This document shows, piece by piece, positions 11,786 through 22,576 of a stretch of 64,000 nt of DNA (within the stretch, counting starts at the first letter, position 1; each line of letters begins with the position of its first letter). A program made the translations under genes and the position numbers. Where the stretch lies: positions 255,998,001 through 256,062,000 of the forward strand of contig NC_067403.1 of the NCBI RefSeq assembly GCF_016432865.1, read 5' to 3'. The notes beneath the pieces were generated by a model. That model was given only the letters and a program-made list of their open reading frames with translations. It had not been told where the DNA came from and did no database searches. Source of the stretch: Antechinus flavipes (taxonomy: Eukaryota).

Positions 11786-12416
11786 GGAAGAGCAGGGAGG
11801 CCGGACCGAGCTGGAGAGAGGAACTTCTGAATGTCGGGCGGACTTTGTAGTTGGAAGCCCCAGAATAGCTGGAGTGTCTCCAACCGGAGTGGGGAGTCCC
11901 TGGCAGCCGCAGGGGGGAGAAGGGCAGGGGAGAGGCCAGAGCCGGGTGGCGTCAGTCTGCAGGACCCGATGAATGGGCCCGTGGGAGGAGGGTGGGAGAG
12001 CAGGAGAGTGACTCGGGGCGCTCAGCAGCTCCAGGAGGGCAGAGAAGGGGGAATGACAAGACTTGGCAACGTGTTTCTGCAGGAGAGGTGAGGGTGGGAG
12101 GCGGACCCAGAGTTGGGCAAAACGGGGAAAATGGGCAAGAGAGGATGGTTGGGGGTGAGAGGGAGAGACAGGGTGTCTACTGCCATTCAGTCAGGGTCCA
12201 AGAGTTAGCCACTGTGAGACCGAGGCCCGGAGAGATGTTGGGGCTGTTACACAGACCCAGGAGTTGTTGGCACAGAAGTGATTGGACCCGTGGGAGTTTG
12301 ACGTCACCAATTGATCAGAAGTATTGAGGGAGCCGTCTTGGGGGACTCGGGGATTGTTGAACTGGATGAAGATCTGGTGGAGGAGGCAGAGCAGGAGCCG
12401 TCTCCTAGCTACGGAA

Positions 12417-12545
12417 CAGAGAGAGAGAGAGAGAGAGGAGGGAGAGAGAGAGAAAGGGGGGAGAGAGGAGAGAGAGGGGAGAGAAAGGAGAAAGAGAGGG
12501 GAGAATGAGGAGGGAGAAGGCCTGAGGATTTAGAGAGGAGCAAGG
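12417..12545 (+). repeat. (GA)-rich simple repeat
   Basis: agagagagagagagagaggagggagagagag... purine tract. Confidence 0.85.
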
Positions 12546-13146
12546 GAAAGCAGGAGATAGAGTGCCAGAAGCTGCAGGGACAATGAGCCTGAACACCAGC
12601 CTGGGGGGGCCCGGCCACTCGGGATGCTGGGGGGAGCCCCGAGCTGGTCCCACAGCCCATCCGGGCTGCCTGCCTGTTCCAAGCTTTACGGGCGGAGTCA
12701 GTGACCCTGCACTTTCCAGAAGACTCCATGCTGCTGGCTGTGGCCCAAGCCCGAGTCTCCAGGCCAGGCCGGCTCTTCCACGGTTCCTGCCTTGGTCATG
12801 TTTGGTGAACCAGGATGTGAAATTCGAAAATGGAGGATAGATGTCTGACCTGCCTGTAATAGGGGCCACAGAATGACCCCAGAGAGTAGGCGTGATAGGG
12901 CACAGTCTTTAGGGACGTAACAACCCCCAGGTTAGCGGGAATCCCAACCGGAACAGACACCCCAGTGCTTGTCAAGGATCCCCCAAGCTGGGCCTTAGGA
13001 ACAGAAAATGTGCAAAAGAAAGGGAATTGGGCCTGGAAGCTTTCTTCAGTTACCCTTCAAGGACATCTGGGGTGTAGCCCAAAGTCTGGGCTGCTGATTC
13101 CCACTGACCCAAACTCTGAGCACTTCTCAGTGTAAGAAACATCCCT

Positions 13147-13290
13147 GGGGCAGCTGGGTGGCGCAATGGGTAGAGCACCAGCCCTGAGGTCAGCAGGACC
13201 CGAGTTCAAATCTGGCCTCAGACCCTTAAGGCTGTGTGACCCTGGGCAGGTCACTTAACCCCAATTGCCTTGCCAAAAAAAAAAAAAAAA
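13147..13290 (+). mobile_element. tRNA-derived SINE (WSINE1-like) with intact Pol III boxes
   Basis: A box TGGCGCAATGG (13159-69), B box GTTCAAATC (13204-12), CORE gctgtgtgaccctgggcaggtcacttaacc, poly(A) tail. Confidence 0.9.
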
Positions 13291-13316
13291 AGTGGGTTAG
13301 GGCAAGAACAAAAAGC

Positions 13317-13385
13317 CTTTTTTGTTGTTGAGGCAATCCGGATTAAGGGACTGGTGCTCTATCCACTGCATCACCTAGCTGCCCC
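13317..13385 (-). mobile_element. internally deleted SINE of the same family
   Basis: ctggtgctctatccactgcatcacctagctgcccc is the reverse complement of the SINE 5' end, joined to the T-rich tail end. Confidence 0.7.
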
Positions 13386-13779
13386 AGAAGGCTTTCTTAG
13401 GAAAGGAAATGCATTAAGGATGGAAACCATGAACCATGAACAACAAATCTCTTTTCTTATCGTCTTTGCCTTTCCCATCCCTTGAAGCAAACGGGCCACT
13501 GGTCCAGCTCTGGAGAGTCCGGGGCTCACCCAAAGGCCGACCCTGATCCCCGAGGGCCCGTTTTCAGTCCTTCAGAGGAACGGTCCAGGAAGGAAGCCCG
13601 GGATCCAGTTTGGGAACGTCACCCGGAAGCTGTCATTTCATCTTTGATCCTCGCTCCCTTGTTGGAAATTTCTATAAATGCTGTTTCAAATCCTCTTGGG
13701 GAAGGGGGAGAAACTAAGGTAGTTTGGACGTCTTTTGCTCTGGCTTAGAAACTCGCCTACATCAGGTTACGGATGGATT

Positions 13780-14070
13780 ACTGCGTGAAAGACATCACTG
13801 CGGGGAACGAGGCTGTGGGAGCGCGTCACTGGGCCTGTGCACGTCAGGCCTGTGCAGTCATAAACTCCCCACCTCGGGGAGCCCTAACAGGGCTCTGTGC
13901 GCTGGCTGAGGGAAATCCTATTCTGAGCCGCATGAATCAGCGGGGCATGCAGGGGGCGGAGAACAGGGCGGGTCTGGCTTCCAGTGTTTTTCCCTTGCCT
14001 CAACCCTGTATGTGTGCAAAGATGGCCGACCACGTGGCTGCCGCTGGGGAGCTGCGGTATTCGTCGTGTG
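13780..14070 (+). promoter_or_regulatory. CpG-rich promoter/enhancer-like element
   Basis: ACGTCA (CRE half-site), two GC boxes (GGGGCGGAG, AGGGCGGG at ~13950-13972), YY1-like AAGATGGCCG (14019-28), E-box CCACGTGG (14030-37). Confidence 0.45.
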
Positions 14071-14100
14071 TGTTGCCCACGATTTTGTTTTTAATCCGAG

Positions 14101-14362
14101 ACATTGTATGGATTGCGGTTCCTCTGGGTAAAACCTCCTTGAATTTAGGAATCACGTTTAGTGTTTCATTTGTCGTGCTCAGATAGGAAGATTTGTGAAA
14201 TGATTGCAGGATTCTGCGTTCCCGGGTACAAGATCTCAAAACCTGTCTGAATTTGTTCAAATTTAGAAAAATCACGTTTAGTGTTTCATTTGTCGTCGTC
14301 AGGAAGATTTGTGAAATCATTGCATGAATTCTGTGTTCCCCTGTGCAAGATCCCCAAACCTC
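14101..14362. repeat. local tandem duplication, 120-bp period, about 2.3 copies
   Basis: atcacgtttagtgtttcatttgtcgt at 14151 and 14271; ggaagatttgtgaaat and caagatc..aaacct also repeat at +120 offset. Confidence 0.85.
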
Positions 14363-14559
14363 TCCCATTGTTCCATGGAATTCAAAGGCAGAAACGTATT
14401 AAAAAGGGGGAGAAGGAAAAAGAATTTGGTAATGAGGCTGACGGGAGTTGGGCTTGAATGAAGAATGAAAACAGATTTAAGGAAAGGAGAAAGTTGAGAA
14501 ACAGTGCAAAGGGAAGGAGAGGTGGGGCAATAGTTAATGGTGGTGGATGGCTCAAGAGG

Positions 14560-14757
14560 GACCACTAGGTCAGAGTGCACAGAGCCCCAAGAGGATCCAA
14601 AGCTGGTCTCACTAGCCGGGTGACCCTGGCCAAGTCACTTAACTCCGTCTGCCTCCGGTTCCTCATCTTCAAACGGAGCCGGAGAAAGAAAAGGCAAACA
14701 GCTTCAATATTTTTGCCAAGAAAATCCCAAATGCGGTCGTGAAAACTCAACAAAAGT
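14560..14757 (+). mobile_element. MAR1-type SINE (CORE plus RTE-like tail)
   Basis: CORE gtgaccctggccaagtcacttaac followed by ggcaaac...atattttgccaagaaaatcccaaatgcggtcgtgaa, the RTE-derived tail. Confidence 0.75.
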
Positions 14758-16169
14758 CATGTCCCCGCCCCTCCCCACGTTGTATTGGGGAGATTGGTTT
14801 TTTTGAACTCAGGCCTAAGACTTCTTTCTAATTTATTTTTTCTTATTTTTAAAAACAAGGTTAAAAAAAAAAAAAACCCAAAAAATAAAATTTTCTGGGA
14901 CTAGTTGACTATCTCAAGGGGAAAGTATATTTTTCAGAAATAACCATGATGAAAAAACAAAAAAAAAATCAATAAAATATATGAGAGCCTAAAAATAAAA
15001 AAATAAATAACAAGTGTTCCTGTAGAATTCCATCCAGCTCAGGGCACAAGGGTGGTGCAGTGGGTAGACCTGGCCCGGAGTCAAATCAAGGGAGCTGGGT
15101 CCTAATCCCATGCTGTATTTCCAGGCTTGGCTTTCTCCAATCTGTCTCCCCAGAGCAGAAACCCTGAGGTGATCTTTGGTCCTTATGGAAGCAAGTGAAT
15201 CTCCCAAAAGTCCCCACCAAATTTTAAATCCCTCTCCAGTGCTTTTGTCAATGCGAGTGTTTCCTCAACAGTAAAATGAGTTCAGTTGTTTCACTACAGG
15301 GTTGTGTTGAAAGGAAGAGGAGCTCTTCCTCAGCAATCATTCAACAAGCACTTATTGAGCACCTACTGTGTACCAAGTGCTGAGGCAACAAACATGGCCA
15401 TAAAACCACATTCCAAGTTCTCTTTGGGGAGAAAATTTGCACACGGGAATAAATGTCAGACAGTTACCCACAGAGGGAATTTATTGAGGGGAAAGACAGA
15501 AGGAAGGGAAGGAAGGAGCAAGAACAGTCAGAAGTGGGGCCCAGAGAAGAATGAAAACAAGAGTGACCTGGACGTTTTCCTTAAATGGAGACTGTGGAGG
15601 AAGGGGCCAGAGTGGCCTTCAAGGCCAGAAGGTCAGGGGCGAGGAGGGGGCTGAATAAGGAGGGGCAGCCTCCAGGCTTGAGGAAGGAGTCCTAGTTTAA
15701 TGTCTGCCTGAGCTTCCCTTCCCCCATGAGCCTAGAAGCATTTCCTGTGAGCCAGGCCCCGTGGACACACCTTCCTGCCCACTTTGACCCACACACCTCC
15801 CCACCTCTGGGACTGCTCCAGCAACTCCAAACCAACTATTCTCAGCTTTCCCAGCCCCCACTCCCAGCATCTCTTTGGGCATCAGGATGGACGCCCCCCA
15901 GTGGGCAAGGCCTCTCTGCTTTGTTGGATTTCCAGCACTAGAGCTTAGCCTTCTACCAGGTACTTCAAAAGTGCTAAATAAATGCTCTTTCCACTTATTC
16001 ATTCACAAAAAAAGAAACTTAGCCTTAGCTGTGGTGGGTAGCGAGATAAGTGTGAGATAAAGCAGAGGCTGATGGGAATAAAAAGAGAAGGCAAAAGCGC
16101 TTCAGCAAAATCTGAGGAGAGAAAACTTTTAAATTCGAGGTAAATGGAGGCGGCTCCCGCCTGCTGAAA

Positions 16170-17385
16170 CCCACCGGAGAAACAATTTTTACAGCCAGCA
16201 TTTCTGCTAATTTTCTAAAACATACAGAGACCGAGTCAAAGGTAGAAGAATACAAGTCATTTCCCAGTAGAAAAATGGCCAAAGGATCCGAACAGGGAGG
16301 TTTCGGATGAAATCAAAGCCATATCCAGTCACATGAAAAGGTGCTCTAAGTCACCATGGATTAGACAAAAGCAAATTAAGACAACCCTGAGCTTGTACCT
16401 CGCACCTCTCAGACTGGCTGAGATGACAGGAAAGAAAAATAATAAATGTTGGAGGGGAGGCGGGAAAATCGGGATACTGCTCTGTGGGGAGTTGTGGGCC
16501 CATCCAACCATCCTGAAGAGCAATTTAGTCTGTGGCCAAAGCACTATAAAACTGCGTACCCCCCCCAAAAAAATTTAAAAATAAAAAAAAAAAACTGCGT
16601 ACCCTTTGACCCAGCAATATGGTATCCCAGAGAGATCTTAAAAGATGGGAAAGGACCCACATCTACAAAAATGTTTATGGCCCTCTTTGTGTGGTGGTGA
16701 CAATTTGGAAAACGAAGGAATGGCCACCAGCTGGGGAACGGCTGAGCAAGTTGTGGGGGGAAAATATAAGGGAGAGGCAGCTAGGTGGCACAGTGGGTAG
16801 AGCACCAGCCCTGAAGTCAGGAGGACCCGAGTTCTAATCTGGTCTCATTTAATACTTCCTGGCTGTGTGACCCTGGGCAAGTCATTTAACCCCAGTTGTC
16901 TCAGAGGGGAAAAAAGAATATAACAGAATATTATGGTTCTGTGAAAAATGAGTGGGTGGGTTTCAGGAAACCTGGACTTACACGAACCGATGCTGAGTGA
17001 AATAAACAGAACCAGGAGATGATGGTAACAACGGTAAGATTGTACCACGAGCAACTTTGACCCCCTCTTTGCTCTTCTTGCCAGATCTAAGCCAGTTCTA
17101 AAAGACTCGGGATGGAAGAAGCTGGCCAGAGAAACAACCCTGGCGTCTGAATGTAGCTTGAAGTGGACGGTTTTCTCTGTTATTGGGGTTTTTCTTCCTC
17201 GGGTTCTTTCCTTTTGTTCTGATCCTTTTTTCACGGCATGACTATTGTGTTTAATATGATTGTACACGTGTAAGCTACAGCAGACCGACTACCATCCTGC
17301 GGAGGGGAGAGGGGAGGTCAAAAGAAAAAAATGGAAATCAACATCTTCTGTCAAAAACTAACAAATAAATTAAAAATAAAAAAGA
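16170..17385 (+). mobile_element. 5'-truncated LINE-1 (ORF2 C-terminus plus 3'UTR), degraded, interrupted by a SINE
   Basis: ORF 16333-16578, MKRCSKSPWIRQKQIKTTLSLYLAPLRLAEMTGKKNNKCWRGGGKIGIL, matches the L1 ORF2 C-terminal domain; G-rich tract and A-rich tail at ~17300-17385. Confidence 0.85.
16774..16915 (+). mobile_element. WSINE1-like SINE nested in L1
   Basis: gaggcagctaggtggcacagtgggtagagcaccagccctgaagtcaggaggacccgagttc...gtgaccctgggcaagtcatttaacccc. Confidence 0.9.
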
Positions 17386-18141
17386 ATTCAAGTTCTGTGG
17401 ATATTTATCTCGATATAATTTTTAAAAACCCTGCGGCTGAGCCAGGAGCAGCCCTCAAACCCAGGACTTTGCCAATTCTGGGAGGCAGGAAATACAAAAG
17501 TTCCCATTTTATAAATGAAGAAACTGAGTCTCAGGAGGTCAGCAGGTCCTCTGGGGATGTGTCAAGAATCACACAGCTAGCCGAGGCCTCCAAGCTATTC
17601 TTTCCCATAAGCTACCCTGCCTCTGAGACTGAATGAGCATTTATGTTTGACCGTATGTATGCATTTGAGGGCGAATGAGCACATTTACCTTCCAAGGCAC
17701 TGCGTTTCAGGTTGGGCCTAAAAACAAAGAAAAAGGGCATTCTGGCTCCCCAGGGTATTCACCCCCAAGGGCTGACAGAGAGGGGGATGGGGAGATGCTT
17801 GATGGGCAAAAGCAGCGTGGGTGTGTCTGCTTCCATGTGGGACAGCGAGCTTCCCTTTGACTCGACCACGAGGCCATCTCGAACTGGAGACAATCCAATG
17901 GGCCGCGCTGGGCATCCCAGAGAACTGGCTCAGGAATGCTGGGAAGCCAGGGTGAGCCCGCTGGATAGGCAGGAAGAAGAAAAAAGGCCGCCAGACCGAT
18001 GGGAACATCCAGACAGCAGGCACCCGCAGAGAGCTGGGCCCCAGGAACCACGGTTCCTTGAGGGCCAACTCCTGGGTCCCATTACATTGTTGTACCGAGC
18101 TCGGGCCACGAGGGGGTGCAATGGTTCGATCTTTATAGCCC

Positions 18142-18240
18142 CAGTGCCTGGCATTCAGTAGGTGATTAATAAAGGAATGAATTCACTATGCCGTCAAATG
18201 GACAAGCATTTATTAAGCACTTACTGGGTTCCAGGCACTG
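18142..18240. repeat. tail-to-tail inverted pair of LINE-2 3' ends
   Basis: Arm 1 CAGTGCCTGGCATTCAGTAGGTGATTAATAAA (18142-73) and arm 2 TTTATTAAGCACTTACTGGGTTCCAGGCACTG (18209-40); both match the L2 3' terminus, in opposite orientations. Confidence 0.8.
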
Positions 18241-18690
18241 TGCTTGTAAATGTTGAAGATATAAATAATGTACAAGCCAAAAAAAAAAAAAAAAAAGTGC
18301 CTGTCCTCAGGGAGCTTATATTCTAAGGGAGAAGACAAAACCGAAAAGGGACATGAAAGGGGGGGAAGAGGGGGAGGAAGGGAGGGTCCCGGATGTGCTG
18401 GGGAAGTAGAGGCTGAAGAGCGACTGGTCCATCTAATGGAAGGTCTGGGAGGGCCTCAGCTTCTCTCTGTGGCAAGAGGGCACCAGGACAGCAGGAGCCA
18501 CACGGGCTTTCCCCTTCTGGCGACTTCCAAACAGTCCCAAGGCGCTGAATTGCTGGGTTTGCACGGTTTGCTTTCTCCTCACTGGCCCAGGGTCCGAGCT
18601 AGGGAGTGTCAGAGGTCGGATTTGAACTCACCAACACAGGGAGTCCAGGGAGTCCTGGGCGTCCCGGGCGTCCCGGCCCAGCGGTACCAC

Positions 18691-18709
18691 GACGCCCCCT
18701 AGCGGCCCA
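18691..18709 (-). promoter_or_regulatory. CTCF-like site (reverse orientation)
   Basis: Minus strand reads TGGGCCGCTAGGGGGCGTC; the core CCGCTAGGGGGC fits the consensus CC(A/G)C(C/T)AG(A/G)(G/T)GGC. Confidence 0.6.
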
Positions 18710-19079
18710 GACACACTACACACAACACTGGCTGCAGAGTTCCTGCACATAGTAGGCACTTTGTTGTCCTGGAAGGCATAAAGTCCTTGTTATTCCAGAA
18801 ACAAAGACGCCCCCAAGGGCGTTTCCCTCTGGTTTCTGAATCCCCTGACCCTTGCTGGGCACGCACCCAGGAGAAGCGCAGTGCCCTCGTCCCCTTGAAT
18901 TGGGGCTCCCTGAGGGATTCTGGCAGTTGGCACCTGGGCGCCCCTCGGGCATTTAATGGTCCACTGGGCTGGGCCGCAGCTCCCGCCCCCAGGAAGCTCC
19001 TGCTCTAACGCTGCCAGGTAAGGACGGGGACCAGAAGCCGAGGGCCATGAGCTGGCAGGAAAGGCGAGGACCGGAGCCC

Positions 19080-19345
19080 GGCAGGGACAGCCGGGAAGGG
19101 GGGGGGGGGGGGGGGGGGGCCACGGGCAGGGACAGCCGGGGGGCCGCCACGGGCAGGGACAGCCGGGGGGCGCCACGGGCAGGGACGGGGGGGGCGCCAC
19201 GGGCAGGGACGGGGGGGGCGCCACGGGCAGGGACGGGGGGGGCGCCACGGGCAGGGACGGGGGGGGCGCCACGGGCAGGGACGGGGGGGGCGCCACGGGC
19301 AGGGACAGCCGGGGGGCCGCGGGCAGGGACAGCCAGCGGGGCCGC
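19080..19345 (+). repeat. 24-bp G-rich VNTR (GGGGGGGGCGCCACGGGCAGGGAC)
   Basis: Five exact 24-mers at 19187-19306, nine GGGCAGGGAC cores in total, plus a 22-nt G run at 19098-19119. Confidence 0.95.
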
Positions 19346-19519
19346 GGAGCCCCCAGACCTTCCCTAGCTATCTGCTGCCCCCCAGGGAGGGGATGACAGA
19401 AGCAGGGAACATCTCATCCGAGGCCGTAACCGTGGCCGGGCTTTGGCCAAAGCCAGGCCCAAGGAGGCTGTCCCCTCTGATCCTGGCTGCTCGTGGGCGG
19501 GGCCGGGCCGACGCCGGTC

Positions 19520-19538
19520 TGGCCACCAGGGGGCCCTC
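19520..19538 (+). promoter_or_regulatory. CTCF-like site (forward orientation)
   Basis: TGGCCACCAGGGGGCCCTC versus consensus TGGCCACCAGGGGGCGCTA (17/19). Confidence 0.7.
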
Positions 19539-21589
19539 GCGGACAGCGAGTCCGTTCCAGAGCGGGGCGGGCCCCCCTCCCACCTGCCTGCACTGTGGCG
19601 GGCACTGCAGAGATGCGTCATGTCTGCGGGCAGAGCGCTGCCCCCCCCCCCCTCCGCAGGAGAGGGGGAGGGGTGGGGAGGCGGCCCAAATCTGGCCTCC
19701 AGGGCTCCCAGGTGGCAGGGCCTGGGCTTGGGGAGGGGGCCGAGCCTGGCAAGCCCCTTTTAATGGAAAAGGCAGCTGGGGCCTCGTGGGGGAGGGGCCG
19801 GGCCCAGGCTTCCCAAGTGTAGCGGGCGGGGCTTCCCGGAGCTCGCAGAACGGAGGCCCTGGAAGGGAGGGTCTCTTTTACAGAGGAGTAAACTGAGGCA
19901 CGGGCTAGGACCAACGCCCCCGTCAGTGATCCCAGCAGGACGTGACCAGTACAGACTTCCTGGCTGCCCACGTGGCACTGCCCATCCGGCGGCCCCAAGG
20001 CTTTCAGGCCACCCGCGGTGGATGACCAGCAATGTTTTGCTGGCTATATTTGGAACTCCCAGAAGCCCTCGGGGTATTTACAGGCTTGGCGGTGGCAATA
20101 ATAAGCTAAGCTGAGTCACCGGAGAGTGACAGAGAGCTAGTCCCCAAGGCCCGGGGGCTGTGACGCACTTCCTCTCCCTCCCGGGCCGGGCTCCCACTTT
20201 AATCTCTAAATTCCTGGTCCCCGGTTCTGCTCGGTGGGCACAAATCCTGTCGGCTGGTCCCACAGTCGTCTGAGCCCACGACCTCCTGGGCCCCGCCCTC
20301 TCTAAAAGCCAGTTATGCCCCTGGCTTTAAGTCTTGCCCTCCTCAGAGCTGAAAGGCTCAGGAAGCATCCCAGAAGGCTCCACCCCCATTTTACAGATAA
20401 GAACACTGAGGCCTAAGGTCACTTAGCTTCAGAGGGTAAGGAATCCAATCACCCAGACTTGAACCCTCAGGGTGGCTCTGATAAAGCAGAAAGAGCCCAG
20501 AGTCTGCAACCTGGCTCTGACGAGTGTTATCTGTGTGACCTTGTTCAAGTTATTGTCCCTCTGTGGACCTCAGTTTCCCCATCTATAAAATGTGGTGGTG
20601 GAATGGCACTAGCCCCTCCCCTTTCCTCCCCACCCTCACCAAACTAGTCAAGGAACCATCATGGCCTGCCTCCCCTTAGCTTCCTGCTCCCAGCTCCCCC
20701 CACCCGTGCCCCTGCTCCCTGGAGTCTTCCCTTCCCCAGTCTGCTCAGCCTTTCCTCCCATCTTTTGCAGACTCCTGGCTGAGGTGCAGGGCGGCCCCTG
20801 TTCCCCTGGGAGGCCGTTCCTCCCAGGCCAGAAGGCCTTGAATGTGCCAAACCCTCTGAAGCCGAAGCCCCGAGCCCAGGCCCCACCACCTGGCTCCCAC
20901 CTCCCACTGCTCCCCCGGCCTTCCTGGGGAGCGAGGGAGCCGTTCCTTTTCTGCTCTGGGACCTGCTTTTTTCCAGCTCTGGTCCGGGGTTCCTTGGTGC
21001 CCGCTTGTCTAGAGCACATCCCTCAAGTGGGTACCTTCTCTTCCTTCCTACCCAGTACCCCTCCTTCCAGCAGCCTTCCCTGTTCCCCTCCCCCCGGCTG
21101 AAAGTCTTCTTCCAGAAAAGTCAAAGGGTCAGAGGATCAAATGAGATGTTTGTAAAGCCCTTGGCTCAGGCCTGGCACCTTGGCTTCAATTGTTTTTCAC
21201 TCTGTCTGACTCTGTGTGACCCAGTTTGGAGTTTTCCTGACAGAGAGCCTGGTGTGCACTGCCATTTCCTTCTCTGGCTCATTTTACAGATGAGGAAACC
21301 GAGGCAAGCAAGGTGAAGTGACTTGCCCGGGGTCACACCGCTAGTAAGTGTCTGAGGCTGGATTTGACCCCAGGATGATAAGCCTTCCTGAATCCAGTCC
21401 TGGTGCTCTATCCCCTGCACCACCCAGCTGCCCCGTTTCAGCTTTGGGGAACATTTTCTGGCATTCTATCCATCGTGCCACCTAGATGTCCCTATGTGAC
21501 TGACGCATAGTAGGCACTTAATAAATGCTTGTTCTCTTTCCTTTGTGAGCTGGGATTGGAAGTGACCTCAGTCACCCGGCTTACGTGGC

Positions 21590-21956
21590 TCTCTCCCACA
21601 ATGAGATGAGTCAAACTAGTTCCGATTGTTCAGTGATGAAGAGAGCCATCTGCACCCAGAGGGGATTGTGGGAACTGAGTGTGGAGCACAACACAGCATT
21701 CTCACTCTTTCTGTTGTTGTTTGCTGGCATTTTATTGTGCTTTACTTTTTTTTTTAAACTAGTTTGATTTGATTTTTCTTGTTGATAACTTTATAAATAT
21801 GGATGCAAAGATTGGATTTAACAGATTTCTACCATGTTTAACATCTATTGGACAACCTGCCAGTCAGGGGAGGGCGTGGGGGAAGGGGGGGGAGGGAATT
21901 GGAACACAGGGTTCTGCAAGGGCTGATGTTGAAGAATTAGCCACTGTTTTGAAAAA
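21590..21956 (+). mobile_element. L1 3'UTR fragment running into an assembly gap
   Basis: gagccatctgcacccagag...cagcattctcactc...ggggaagggggggagggaatt; same family as the copies at 44775 and 46990. Confidence 0.7.
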
Positions 21957-22576
21957 NNNNNNNNNNNNNNNNNNNNNNNNNNNNNNNNNNNNNNNNNNNN
22001 NNNNNNNNNNNNNNNNNNNNNNNNNNNNNNNNNNNNNNNNNNNNNNNNNNNNNNNNNNNNNNNNNNNNNNNNNNNNNNNNNNNNNNNNNNNNNNNNNNNN
22101 NNNNNNNNNNNNNNNNNNNNNNNNNNNNNNNNNNNNNNNNNNNNNNNNNNNNNNNNNNNNNNNNNNNNNNNNNNNNNNNNNNNNNNNNNNNNNNNNNNNN
22201 NNNNNNNNNNNNNNNNNNNNNNNNNNNNNNNNNNNNNNNNNNNNNNNNNNNNNNNNNNNNNNNNNNNNNNNNNNNNNNNNNNNNNNNNNNNNNNNNNNNN
22301 NNNNNNNNNNNNNNNNNNNNNNNNNNNNNNNNNNNNNNNNNNNNNNNNNNNNNNNNNNNNNNNNNNNNNNNNNNNNNNNNNNNNNNNNNNNNNNNNNNNN
22401 NNNNNNNNNNNNNNNNNNNNNNNNNNNNNNNNNNNNNNNNNNNNNNNNNNNNNNNNNNNNNNNNNNNNNNNNNNNNNNNNNNNNNNNNNNNNNNNNNNNN
22501 NNNNNNNNNNNNNNNNNNNNNNNNNNNNNNNNNNNNNNNNNNNNNNNNNNNNNNNNNNNNNNNNNNNNNNNNNNNN
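21957..22576. other. assembly gap (620 N)
   Basis: N run, followed by GA/GAAA low-complexity sequence at 22577-22720. Confidence 1.

Larger units (their letters stand above)
18900..20300. promoter_or_regulatory. GC/CpG-rich island
   Basis: Visibly CpG-dense; contains E-box CACGTG (~19970) and AP-1 TGAGTCA (20112-18). Confidence 0.55.

Noticed and set aside
13147-13290. Possible tRNA gene (A and B boxes present)
   Set aside because: It continues into the CORE-SINE body and a poly(A) tail and has several dispersed copies in the window; it is a SINE.
16333-16700. ORFs with real protein homology
   Set aside because: They are frameshifted L1 ORF2 remnants, reported as a mobile element rather than a CDS.
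18790-19367. ORFs with repeated APPPSLPV / GAPRAGTG peptides
   Set aside because: Translations of the 24-bp VNTR on both strands; no coding signature.
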